From: Phoronis australis
Lineage: Eukaryota > Animalia > Phoronida
Direction: 5' to 3'
Assembly (NCBI GenBank): GCA_002633005.1
Contig: NMRA01000220.1
Span: 1 to 64,000, forward strand
DNA length: 64,000 nucleotides
Positions 1 to 12,815 of the stretch are shown here, one piece after another (the first letter of the stretch is position 1; each line of letters begins with the position of its first letter). Both the position numbers and the translations under genes were made by a program. The notes under the pieces are model-generated. The model was not told where the DNA came from. It saw only the letters and a program-made list of their open reading frames with translations, and made no database searches.

Positions 1-2189
1 TGTGTGTGTGTTGTTAAAATCAGTTGCATACTGAGTTAGTCGCTGAATGATCTCAGTGCTTAATATGCTTAAGGGGGTTTTGATCAAAGAATATTTTATT
101 GCTTAGACTGATACATACCAAGGGAACTTGTGCCATGAGATAAAATGTTATAGTTTACATATGTTTTGGAAAAAATAAATGGTTAAACGAGATGATGAAA
201 CGTTACAATTATGTCTTTAGCATCTAACGTCAATGTAAACAATAAACAATAAACATTTAAAATGTTATAGATTTTGGATTTCCCATGTCATAGTTAAGGT
301 TAAGAATACATGCCTACATAATGTTTTCTGCACATTTGTTGCTTTGATAACACTATCACTGATGGTGTTACTCTATCAAAAATAAAAAATTAAAGGGCAA
401 TTTTGACAGTAAAATCACCCATGAAAATCTTATTTTAAGATGTGGATTTCCGACTCTGTCTCAATTTTTTTACTTCAGGGTGACCTAAAAGGGCTGCTAG
501 GTTCCTTGTTAATTCCAGGCTGCCGTGTCTCTTGGGAGGCATTTTTTCTTTAGGGCATCTGCATTGAATAAATTTATGTTTTTGATTACTTTTTGGCAGC
601 TTTCCCAGATTTCCGTAAAACTTCCAGGCTCAGATTTGGAATTTCTGGGTATTAGAAAAGGCATAAAAATTGGTGCTGTGAAACCTGCTGTGATACGAAT
701 AGATGTTATTGAAAGTATTTTTGTCTGCATTAAACTCACCATTCTAACACAATGTGTCCTTCGTTGATTACCACAATTGCCACGTTGTAAGCTAATTCCT
801 TATTTTGGAAGCTAATTCCTTGTTTTGCAAGCGTTTCACACCATCACTTGTTGATGCAAGAGCCTCAAGGTTAGCATACACTACTTGATAATTTCCTTTA
901 TAGTCGGTGGGCCAGATTTTGTAGGGCCTCTAGAAAATGGTTTTTGTGAGTACTTTAGGGGAGCAATTTTATTTTGGTGTTTTTTAATTCATTACCCCCC
1001 CCCCCCCTCCCATACAGATTTTACTGGAACAGCCCTCAAATATAGCCATGTTAAATGATATGTGAAGTTATAGCCACCATAGAACAACTATTTTGAAAAC
1101 TCGCTGGTACCCGGGGTAGAATCGTATATCTGCCACATGCACTTTCAGGAGTCTTGCTCGTAGCTGCTTGAATTACTGTCACTTGCAGTGATGTAGATGA
1201 AAGTCAAGTAATAAGCTTAACTGATCATTACATTTGGCAATTTAAGACTTCACTGTGGTCAGAGTGATGCTTTTAACGTATTGCAATTAACATATTGTGG
1301 GAACCAAATTTACATGAGCTGCTGTTCAAGGTAAGCTTTAAAAGTTTTCCAAAACACGGTTTGTTAATTAAATTGCACTTTAAGATATCTCATTTTCTTT
1401 AATTTATATAATGTGAAATTAGCAGGAACACATTGCACATTACAAACTATGTCAACACAACCGGTGACCTGCAGGTCGTTTTTAATATCTAACCCGTAAT
1501 CTCGCATGCTTTTGTTACACTTAAATACGTGGGTGACGAATAGACAGTCTATAAAATTTCTAATCAAGATCTCTGCAAGAGAATTTATGTGTACAAGCTG
1601 AAAAAGTTGCACAGCAGAGTTGGTGAAGACATGTGAGGACCTCTGGTGGATATAATTTGTCATTATAAAATGGCCTTCTGACAACCAACTTCATAATAAA
1701 AATGCAATTGACTGTCCACAAGTACATGAAAGTTAGCTTTTAAAAATGCCTTATCAAAGTAGAATTAGATAATTATCTGATGCAGCATAAATAATAGTTC
1801 AACATGACATTCAGAATAGCATTTATGACGTAATACACCCCAACCCATGTTTTCCACAATTACATGTTCATTGTAAAGCAATTTTAAACTATGATAATAC
1901 TCAATAATGATCCCAAACTAATCTATTATGCTTCAAAATAATAATATACAAGTCAAAGTTCTGACAGCCGCAACTTATTGTTTCATTATGTACCACAAAA
2001 AGTCAGCATCATACTTCTATCAATTAAAACATGCTGCAAGTAACAAGCAGGCTCACAGAATTTACCAATTAAAAATGTCAACACTGCAACATAAAATATT
2101 ATACCATAAAAACAATGCACGTATGCCAATCACAGACAACAGACACTGACTTGTAACATGTAAAATAAAATGAGTCACTTTGATGTAAT

Positions 2190-5100
2190 TTACATCTCGC
2201 AGGCAGTTTCTTGAATGTTTCCATTCTCAGGTGACGGGGTCCGTGCAAACTGAAAATAGAAAAACATTTGTCTCTTGCTGCATCACTGAACACTACACAT
2301 TCAATTAAAGTCACTTGGAAGCCCACCTCGACACCTGCGCATGGAGAACAAAGTGAAGTGAGGCGTGGCACAAGGCGGGACAGTGTTAGGGGGCGATAGG
2401 TAAAGGTATTTCATTCTAGTGTCCCATACCACAAAGAGTTAAAAACAGCACTACAAGACAACACGTATCTGGATACTTATTAATAACAACACTGGCATGA
2501 CAAACAATTATGGTACTGGCACAGTCACAAATTCCGTCTACTACAAGACAAGACACGTGAGAATCAAAGATAATGCAGGGCAGAACTGGTGTGAAAGTGC
2601 ATTTCTTTAATTACAACAACATCTCAAGAAAACAACTTTAGTCTAAAATTTTATAAATACTAAATGTTTACCAGAAACTTCTTCTTGAGTGCCCTTGTCA
2701 TCAGAGGTGTCAGTCCAGTACCTTTATCGAAGTTTCTGTTAGTTAACAGCGGGGTTCCTCCTGGACTTTTCTCAATGTTTGTTTTCCTAAGCTTGCACTG
2801 TAAGACCTCACTCGGGATCCTGATATACAAAATATAAACCGATGAAATTAGCGCTGTTTTCTCCATACACCCCGATGGAATGCGACGTCACAAACTAGAG
2901 ACTAGTTCAACAGATTCTTGCAATTATTGCAACTGATGATCAGTTGCTTGAGCACTGAGGTAGAAGGCAATTTCACTTCCACGCCAAACAGCTAAACCAT
3001 TTTTAATGAATAAGAACTAAGAGGTGCACTTCTGTGTAATTAATCAAAAAGTGCTTTCATAACCATTCAGATGGCACTTGCGATCACTAGTCATACACGG
3101 AACCCAATTGTTATTGCTTTGTGAAAATATCACATCAAAAGATTATTGTTGAATGAAAATACATGTTTATATATTGAATAGACAAGAACTATTGCGGTTT
3201 ACTCAATTTTGAACATGGATTTGACTAGCATTCAAGAAAAGAAAGGTTTCAGAGCCTATATTATCAAAGGTCACATGCCTAGTTGTAGCTATAATTGTAG
3301 GAACACAGCGGCGAATTATGTTGTTTATAAATTAATTGATCAGAATTAAACTTTGCATCAAGTATTTAGTGTACATTTGTCCATAGTCCATAGTCCAAGT
3401 TGTATGCCAGTGCAAATCTAAAGTACGACGATCTTAGCTGGAAATGAGCATGTGACTTTTGATAAATTCGACTCATCAATTTGACAGGTCAGCAGTAGAA
3501 CTTTTGAAACTTTTGACCTTTTTCCAGATAGACGATAACTGATGCATAATTACCCCTGAGCAATGGTTTACGTCACATTCTTCCTTCTTGCGACCTGATG
3601 ACTGAAAATGTACGATTTTGCCTGAAAAAACAATTTCCCTGACACCAGTGTAAAGAAATTATCTCCCCCTAAGATGGTCAACAACTCGTCTGCTACAACA
3701 ATAAATACCTTCTGAGTGCGTCAGAACCATTTCTGATCTCATTAGCACCACTCTTCTTCAACTTGATCTTCTTGATAGCTGACACGGTTACCAAAGGCTG
3801 ATTCTCCTGAAATGGTGCAAATGCCACAATATTTAGACAAAAATACATGACGTGGGTCTGTTTCATGAAAGTGAGTTAAAGCATATTAAAGACGGAAATT
3901 AATATAAGTACGACACAGTTTAGAAATAATATATGGAAATTATTTTAGTAACTACGACAGCAGTTAGGTGTACATGCTCAGAGACATGGCACTTTTACTT
4001 AATAAGTGAGATATGATTATTTTTCAGAAATAGTTGTGTGGAGCGAAATACCAAATTTTTTTCTTACGTCTTAATATAAAGTCACTTTTCATAAAACAGA
4101 CCTGTGGCAACTTCCTAAAACTGATTTGAGGTGGTGATGTAGCGACATCATACTTAAAACCTATTGATCGACTTCCACCAACCTCTATTGATCTAGCCTA
4201 TTTACACAACGTTTCACGTAGACATTTCCCGCCTTCAGGTGTTATAGCATTCTTAGAAGAACGAGCATGAGCAAATGGTACAATCATAGTGGTCAATGAT
4301 GGGCACTTTTTAGAATTCTTGGTGAAATTAGAACAATAGATTTTAAAAATGATGAGACGCGAGGATGAATGTATTAAAAAGTGCTTTCTTGAAGTCAAAC
4401 AATAAATTAATGTAAACATAAAATATGGTCGGAAATAATAAAAGTAGCTCTTTCTAATCAGAAACTGAACATCTTCGCTAAAGTGGTACATGCTTGAACC
4501 CCAGTTGCAATTACCTTGCCGAATTTCCTCTTGGGTGCAGTTCCAGCTTGGTCCACTTTCTTTAACTTTACTCTCTGTAGATCACCGACAGTTATCACAG
4601 GTTTTGCATCTTTGACATTTTGATCTCTGTTCTGTATTTCAAACAAAACATAAGGTTTTCAGGATTATAATCTACAGATAAAAAGTGAGTCACTCTTGAG
4701 TAAATGGTAAATACATGCTTAACGTATGTTTTAATCAAAGATTGAAACTCAAACAAATAACATCCCAAAAAACACAAGAAATTTTTGTTTGAAGAACTTG
4801 AAGACGGTACTAAGGTAATTTGAGTAATAACAAGAAAACTGCATCAAGTTGTAATTGAGTATTAGGATTATAATGTAATCCATTACTGAATGTTTTTACA
4901 AAAACAAATATGTTCACTTGTGGTCAGCTTTGATGAACTGCTTAGTAGTTTGAAACATGTGCTGATTACTATACACATCAGTGTATATTGATACAGACTT
5001 CTATTCTATCAAAGTGACATGAATACTAATATTACAAAATGTGTGAAGTTAAAGCCTATCTTGAACGGTAACACCTGTAAATTTGGTACCTACAATATGT

Positions 5101-8100
5101 TGAGAGTACCGCTTGGAGCCCAGTAACGCCATAAATTGTCAAAGGTAGCGAACTGTTTGGCGTATTGGCTTGCTTTTGTCAATGTCACCGCGAGAATCAC
5201 CTTTTAATTCAAACAGCTGCGAATAACATCCGCACGCAATGGTGTTCTGTTCAGATCCCTATTCAATACAACTGTTACCGGCCTTTTTGTTGTTTGTGCT
5301 GGGATCTCGCGGTGACGCAACATGGCACGAAAAAGAAGCTTCAACTATCATTTGACGGGCTTACATTTGCGTGATTGAACTCGCATTTTCTTATTTTAAT
5401 AAGGCTTTGCTAGGACCATCTGGTTAGCCCAATACATCTAACGTAACAAAATTACATTGAAGACTTTAAGCAATTACAACTTCCAATGCACTCAACAAAA
5501 TACACACAGTCATGCATAGTAACACAACTTGGTCAGTTACCTGAAGTCCCTTCCTTTTGATGACTAGCGGCTTTGGCAGACTGGCAATAGGTGGCGGCGG
5601 TGGAGGTGGAGGGGGTAGAGCTAAAGGCGGGGCTGTCACAGCAGAAGGAGGAGCAGGAGGCGTTAACACTGGCAATGACAGGCTATGACAGGACTTCTGC
5701 TGGCAAGAGCAATGTTGTTCTGTTGCGGAGGCCATATGTTTTGTGAGCAGATCTTCCTGTAAGATAAATAAATGATTTAATGACCATGAAATGGTACTAT
5801 GTTAAGGCAATCAATTATCTTATGACAGCTTTTGCCATTGAACTTAGTAACAGAATAGATACAGGTATAATAATGTCTACCAATATATTAGGGGCTGTTC
5901 CAGTAAAATCTATATGGGGGGAGGACACCTTTTTCGCACCCATCAGCCATATTTTTCATTTATTTCTTCAGCCCACCACCTGTAATTTTTTATAAGTTTG
6001 AATAGCAACCACCAGTAATTTTGTTTTTGTTGTTCTTGTGGTTGACTGCACAAGCGCTTGAGTTTATCTGTTCCTCGATCATCACTGACATCATTCATTA
6101 CTAAGAAAACATATGTTTCTTATATGTGGTTATTAGCCATCGAGAAATTCGAGTGCCTGTGGTTGACTGGTTTTATGAGCATGCCGATGGGGAGATCGGG
6201 AGTGAAAAAGTCGAAGCTTTTTGCAAGTTGGGTTTTTGTTTTAGTTGTTGATTCTGTTTGGATTGTGTACAAAACTTACTGAAATTACCCACCATCAAAC
6301 ATTTATGGCACTATAACGACCTGTAAATTTTAATTTTTTTGAAGTACGATCACCAGCCAGTTTAAATTCAAATCAAACTACCCATAATTTTTTATTTCAA
6401 TTGCCTTCCCCCCTCCCACACGGATTTTACTGGAATAGCCCTTAATAAAAGAATAGTTCTGAATATCATATTCCACAAACATTGACATTTCTGCTATACC
6501 AGTTTGAAAGCAATTAAATTTTATAATTTTTAGCTTAACTGAGCACAGTGCTTAACTATAAAGAGTTATATTGGGTTTAAGATGCACATTCACGGTTATT
6601 GCTGTTATTCACTGAAAATTAAATACATGCACTTTGACTGCAAATGTAGCTTTTCATCGACAGCTTTAGGGAACACAACGTTTGCTTTTCCAGTCCCCCC
6701 TGCCAAATGTGTACAAAAATGGAGAGATACTTGTAGGTAAGCAAACACGTTACGGCTTCAACAGCAATGCTTCAAAGATAAACACTTATATTCAACTGCA
6801 AAGTGATGACTGAGAGGTTAAACAAAGCAATTAATTTCAAAATAATAATTTGAAGTATTAATTAAGTTAACCTACTTCATCCTACTACTTGCAGTCTAAC
6901 TCAAACACATGCACACACACACTTCTTTGATTCGCAAACATTTTTAAGTCTACTCTGCATGCCATCTTTTGGTCAAATCATGCAACCTAATGAACGTAAG
7001 TCTGAAAAGATTTCTGCCCCGACCGGGACTCGAACCCAGAACCTTCTGCTAGTACTGCAGACACTCTAATCCACTGAGCCATCGGGACCATTGGTCAAAC
7101 ACAGAAATCCAATCAGGCGGGTTCGAGTCCTGGTAAGAAATTTTTTCAGACTTATGTGGCCAACAGATGACGTGCAGACCAGATTTAAAAATATTTACGA
7201 TCTACATTTCCGTGCCGATTCAAGATTTACATCCTCATATATATTTAATTGCACAAACAATATGTTAAAATAAAGTAAAATAACTCCTGGATCTGCTTGG
7301 TTCTGTATACTTTTTGTTTTCAGACATTTTTTTAATTTCGTCGTATGAACTTTTCAATATGATTGAAAGTGCATTGTCGCATTGTCGCTGTTCCTGACCA
7401 AAATGCCACCATAGACTAGAGTGTCCGATCAGGGCTGTAGTGTTTGTTATAGATCCAAGTATTCTATGCGCTTTTATGAGTTTGAAGCGTGACACTAGCA
7501 CTGAAGCATATAGTGCTGATACTTGTTAGTTGCATTTCAGTATATGGATCCCGGCTCCTTAGTTAAAAAGTGAGCAAAGTAGGTCAGGACAGCAAAAACT
7601 GGAAAACATGCCGGTGCTGCTTTTTACAGAAGGAAAAGCAGAAACAAACTAGTGCACAGTCTTGCGATATGTTATAGGTCGATCTTAGTGACATTTCAGC
7701 TCTTTTGTCACGTTTTAAAGATGTGAAAAAGTAATAATAAAAGAATGTGTGAGTTTGTCTTTTGACAACGCCATTTTTATGACATTACCCTTGCAGCAAG
7801 TCCCTCCCCCCTAAATTGTCCAATCCGCACATGAAAATTGTCCCTGTTTGATTCAACCTTGCTGACAAATTAGGAATTACAAAGATCCAGTAAGGTATTC
7901 CTGAAAGTATATTTACAAGCAGGTATGAAGATTTCAAGAGCTCGCAAACATACCATTAGCAAGTGTTAACATACACGACCTCGTGTAATAGCTTTTTAGG
8001 CTGTGAAACTAATGTTTTTTCAGACGCAAGGACAAAGTATTAAATAGCTTCAATTCATAATAACTTTTTACCCTTTCTGATTTAAGTTTGTTGATCTCCT

Positions 8101-11100
8101 CTTCTAGTAGTTGAACCTTATTTAAGATCAACTGTAACTCCTTTTTGTAGCTGCTCCGACTAAACATCAAGCGACTGAATGATGACAAGCCCTGAAAAGC
8201 AGAAAAGATTAATCAATGTTGAAGTTTCAAAAAAATCGGTCAATGTCAGTCTTTGAAGAAAACCTTCATGCTCATTCCGTCCAGTGGAAGTCCCACAAGA
8301 GTAACAAATTTTGTAAAATTCATTAAATGTGGTATTTCAAAAGACATTCTCAACTGCAAACTATACACAAAGACCAAAACAACACCTGCTCCATCCGATC
8401 ATGTGACCACATAAGATAAGTTACAGGCAAAAGCTAACATGCCTTGAAAGTCAGGGCTTGGAATGACCAATGACAAACAAAGAGGAAAATTTTCCAAGTG
8501 GAGAATCGTTCCACAAACAAATAGGCTTGTGTGATTGAAATATTTTTTGTGCTGTAAAATTTAACTGAAATAATCGTATTTGCATAAATAAAGTCACAAC
8601 AATGATAAACAAGAGCAACGCTCCGCAATGCGCCCACGAATGCATCGCAAATGGTGTGCTTTTAGGGTTGCTTATTTGTGTCATAAAAATGGCCACTAGA
8701 TGGCGCAAAAACATACAATCCATCCGAAAACGGGAACATGTCATTGCTTCTTTAATAGAAAGCGATACACCAAATTTCATAGAAATCCGTCACGAAACTT
8801 CAGCGAAACAAAGGAAAACAGAATAAAATGAAATTGCCACAAGGGGGCACAGTGTCTGTTGTTAGCTTCATATAAATACACTTACAAAATTTAATAAAGA
8901 TCCTACAGTGGGTTTAGAAGGTACAGCTATGGGCGCAAAACAAAACAAAACTACCACTAGGTGGCGCCAGAGTAGTCAAAGTCGTCATAATCAACCGTCC
9001 TCTTTACACTGAGCACATATACGCCAACTTTCAAAACCATTCTTAGAATGATTTGATTGACAGAGAGGTAGACGCCAAAAAACAGACTCGAAACAGTAAA
9101 AATGGCCACTAGGTGGCGCAAACTACGTTGAATCCATCCGAAAACGGGAGGATACTGTCGTCTCACTAATAGATGCCTATATAACAAATTTTATGAAAAT
9201 ACCTTGAGGAGCTTTGAAGATACAGAGGTAAACGTAAAAAACTAAAATTGCCACGATAGTCGGATCTGTCCAAAAGTTCGCTTATGCCGTCCCATCCATG
9301 AAAGGAACACATGTGCAAAGTTTCATAAACATACGTCAATCGGTTTTGGAGATAAAGCAGCGAACGCCGGACATACACCGCCCGGACGGATGCAGATGAC
9401 GGCATAATGCGTCCACATATAAATATGTGGGCGCATAAAAAGGGACAAAAAAGAGGAAAGTGGAAATGAAATAAGAGGAAATCAAAACCAAAAAAGGAAA
9501 TCCTCAGAGGAAAATTCCAAGCCCTGAAAGTTCATGTTTTGAACTTACACACAAACACAATGATATAAATATACACAAAATGACACTGGGTTGACAAGGT
9601 GCAATGCTCATCTCAAGCTTCTGGTCTAATATGCATTGGAAGTGAAAATAACCTCAGAGCAAAATTTGGTGAAATTTCAGGGATAACAGATAAAGCAGGG
9701 GCAGGACAAAGGGATTGAAAACCCAGAAAGGGGGTTTAATACACAATCTCCTGGCAAGCAGCCTTAGCCCGTCTCATTTCAGATTTCAAAGTCCAACAAG
9801 GCCCTCGTTTGGATAATTATGCAATAAGGTAGTATTCCTAATACGCCCTCGTGTCGTTAATGTACTGAGGGAGAGGATTTCGCCAGTTGTTTTATATTGT
9901 TTTCTTGACATGTAACTTTGTGGCGTCGACAAATGGTAAGAAATGTAAAATATAACATGAAGCACAACGGCAAAACTTTAAGTATAATTTACTGAAGTTA
10001 AAAGATAATGTAACCTTGTTTGTTTTATCTTTATGTTATTAGCTTGAATTTCTCACTTTACCAGAAGAAGGGCATTGTTCAATAAAACAATATACACTTT
10101 TCAGGCTTTTCACACACATGAACTGCATTAACCACAAACGTTTTGAGATACAAAAATCATCAATTTTGCAGTAGTGCGCCATTTCCTTCCTGTTAAGTCG
10201 TCATTTTACATATTCGGAGTTCTTAATCAAAGAGTTTAATAACAAATATCTCTGAGCAACCCTCAACTGATGTTGAATAAGTTGGTAAGTTAATTTTTAA
10301 ACATTGCACAGAGTATCTGCCACAGGATTTTCCAAAGCACTTTGTTTTACCTGTTGAGGTGTTGCACATTCTCCTTGGAAAGCAAGTCTTATAATGGTGA
10401 GGAAGAATTTGAAAATGAATTTATAAGAGTGAAAGGCTCAATTTGATTTCAGTTTTTTAGCCAGCTAAACAGGGAAAATGCAACTTTAATTATTTTTTTT
10501 CGTATCGATAGTAATAGTCAACACAGAATAGAAATCTTTAACTTACAGAGAGCACACTACCACAGCACCATGAACACACATTCTTAATACCAGACAGAGA
10601 CAAACTGTGCACTTGGAACCAACCACGTGGATCAGGGTTATAAAGGACCTCACTTTCTTCATCTGAGAGACTCATGTCGAGTAGTGAATCCAGCTGGGTG
10701 CTAGAAAGAGAAACACACAACAGTGCTGGGGGCTCGTACTAACTTGGCATATTGCAACTGGTTGAATTACAAATTTAAATAAAAACAAATGTTACTATGC
10801 TTAATCATTAGGAAATCATTGTCTGTAAGTGTCTTAAGAAAGTTTATCAAATAAGTCAGAATTTTCATTTACAATTTGGACTAAATATTGTGTAACAGGT
10901 GCATTATTTTTGTTATATATTATAAGTGAACCTAATATATTATTGCTGCTCAAAATCAAAATCATTAGCTTAAAATGTTTGTAATCTGTTAAAAGGATTT
11001 TTCATTTGAGTCATAAATCACTAAATTTTATTTTTTAATCATACTAATTATAGTCTTTGTGCGTTGATGTCATCTTCTTTTGCTTCCTTCGTTTCACTCG

Positions 11101-11139
11101 AGTATTCTTTAATCTTCGATGTCTTTTTGCCCTAGTCAT
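2190..11139 (-). CDS. PRR11: Proline-rich protein 11 (PRR11) orthologue, 8 coding exons, ~335 aa
   Basis: Exons: complement(11045-11139, 10547-10700, 8072-8191, 5541-5756, 4515-4631, 3709-3806, 2672-2819, 2190-2249). All introns are GT-AG with consistent phase; total 1008 nt. The protein has a basic N-terminus ([22 protein letters not shown]), a coiled-coil ([23 protein letters not shown]), a poly-Pro tract, the motifs [14 protein letters not shown] and [15 protein letters not shown], and the C-terminus [39 protein letters not shown]. That C-terminus matches human PRR11 as I recall it (LRKVDVERSPGGTP...GTGLTPVMTQALRRKF). Confidence 0.9.
3255..3470. mobile_element. Small palindromic MITE-like element
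   Basis: Inverted repeats TTATCAAAGGTCACATGC ... GCATGTGACTTTTGATAA. Confidence 0.5.
5891..6442. mobile_element. PIF/Harbinger-like MITE
   Basis: TIRs GGGGCTGTTCCAGTAAAATC / GATTTTACTGGAATAGCCCT, flanked by TTA and TAA. A solo right end of the same family lies at ~995-1036. Confidence 0.7.
7015..7088 (-). pseudogene. tRNA-like sequence (SINE head or tRNA pseudogene) in a PRR11 intron
   Basis: GTCCCGA-TG-GCTCAGTGGATTAGAGT-G-TCTGC-AGTACTA-GCAGA-AGGTT-CTGGG-TTCGAGT-CCCGG-TCGGGGC-A folds as a cloverleaf with A and B boxes. The anticodon loop AGTACTA lacks U33 and purine 37. A partial inverted copy with the same tail (TTTTCAGACTTA) lies at ~7118-7155. Confidence 0.65.
8452..9526. mobile_element. 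Non-autonomous hAT-like element with 5-bp TSD, interrupted by a HINE
   Basis: Perfect 13-bp TIR CAGGGCTTGGAAT / ATTCCAAGCCCTG. AAAGT is duplicated at 8447-8451 and 9527-9531. A related uninterrupted copy lies in opposite orientation at 14798-14963. Confidence 0.75.
8607..9440 (-). mobile_element. Helentron-associated interspersed element (HINE, DINE-1-like)
   Basis: One terminus is AACAAGAG. Sub-TIR ATGCGCCCAC (8628-8637) pairs with GTGGGCGCAT (9427-9436). Terminal hairpin 9407-9436, GGAC microsatellite remnant, ~410-bp internal direct repeat, insertion in an A/T run without TSD. Confidence 0.75.
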
Positions 11140-12269
11140 TTGTCTGAATCCCTGCCTGGTCACCAAAATGCTCTGAAAAACATGTTATGACAGTCAGTAC
11201 CAAATAATTTTTAATTTCAACCACGACTTTTACATACTAAGCTAAACATGAAATCCATGTCTCCGCTATTACTAGATTATACAGAGTGGATGCAATGTAC
11301 TGAATACAGAATTCCAAGTGAAAACATTTTGAGTCTTAATTAAGACCCAGTCAAGTGATATAAATCAATAGAACTAGTGTCTCTCATCTGCAATTACTGT
11401 CCTGTACTGCTTGGGCATAGATACCCAATGTTAACTAAATATAATGGCACTGTCATTGCCAAACATTAAATGATCATACAAACTTTACACAGCTCATACA
11501 TTCACTCTCGCTATGGCAAAGAATTCCTCCTAAACACTGTGACAGTCTCCACTATATAGAGAGAACAGTTCAGGGCAGTCTAATCTCTGTGCTTGAAACT
11601 TAACTCATTGAGTTAACCTATGTTTCTTGAGTGTGCGACAGTCTGCTGTATGGCAATGCCATGTGGATGGTGCACCCCAGATGCCATGTGGATGGTGCAC
11701 CCCTACTGCCAAAATTAGGCAACTAGCATCCACTCTTATGTGGTGTTCGTAGTCAATTGCATTTTCTGTATACCTTTAATTTCCACATACCAGTAATTAC
11801 CATAGGCATACTATTGGAGATTGGTGTACTAGCAGTGTCAATGGTCCATGCAAACATCACGGGTGAGAAACAACATGACCGCCGGTCCTCTAAATCATAC
11901 CGACTCACCCAAAACAGGACTGACGCACCTAAAAACATGACCGCCCCACCACAAAACAGGACCGCCGGGTACTGAGTAGTTAAGGCCTTTGAGTGATACT
12001 GCGGGTTAAGACGTAACCAGTCAGACAGCTGTGTAAAGACTATCGCCAAAATAAAGCTTGACAGCTTAGCATTATTGAGCTCTGTTACATCCCCGAAATT
12101 TCCCACAGCCCGGGTAGTTCTGCTAGTCACCTCGTCGTGAAACTTACATCAACGTGTAGTAGAGCGCGCGACCGGCGCAGGCACATGCAAAATCTAGGCA
12201 TCAACCAACATTCACCTTGCAGGCTGCAACCGCTTGAGAGAAAAACAATCTATGAACTATTGTAACAAT

Positions 12270-12815
12270 AAGTCTGTCACGCTCGTGACATGTGCACGTG
12301 CCATTTCCTCAGAAACATTTTGCGACATCTTTCGGAAGATCATGACAACTTCGCGGCAACAAGATTTGTTCTGAAATTCGATTTGCTGGTATTGAAATAC
12401 TAAAAACTTATAACGAAATGAAACCAGTTTCGATAATTTGTTGTGCCAGGTACGCAACCTTGTAGAAGAACACTTGACTGAAGAATCGGGGGGGGGNNNN
12501 NNNNNNNNNNNNNNNNNNNNNNNNNNNNNNNNNNNNNNNNNNNNNNNNNNNNNNNNNNNNNNNNNNNNNNNNNNNNNNNNNNNNNNNNNNNNNNNNNNNN
12601 NNNNNNNNNNNNNNNNNNNNNNNNNNNNNNNAAGGAACCAGCCAATGTAAGCCGACTTAAGGGAACGCAGAATAACGACAGAATGACAATTTTTCTCGAG
12701 CGCCAGTGAAATAATTTAGTTTACTCAAGGAAGAGTGTTGTTAATAACACAAATTCGCCAGGTGAAGATTTTACATGTTCAGGTTTTTACCCACATCGGC
12801 GCAAAGTATACAGCT
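12270..12815 (+). repeat. Interspersed repeat, with an inverted homologue at ~15005-15450
   Basis: TTTTTACCCACATCGGCGCAAAGTATA matches the reverse complement of TATACAGCTTCGCACCGATGTGGGTAAAAA. GATAATTTGTTGTG and GAAGAATCGG are likewise mirrored. Confidence 0.65.
12497..12630. other. Assembly gap (134 N) after a G-run
   Basis: Run of N in the sequence. Confidence 0.99.

Noticed and set aside
1660-2185. CPE (UUUUAU) cluster in the PRR11 3' UTR
   Set aside because: Expected by chance in AT-rich sequence, and the UTR end is unknown.
7015-7088. Functional tRNA-Val(TAC)
   Set aside because: The anticodon loop lacks U33 and purine 37, and the shared downstream tail indicates a repeat.
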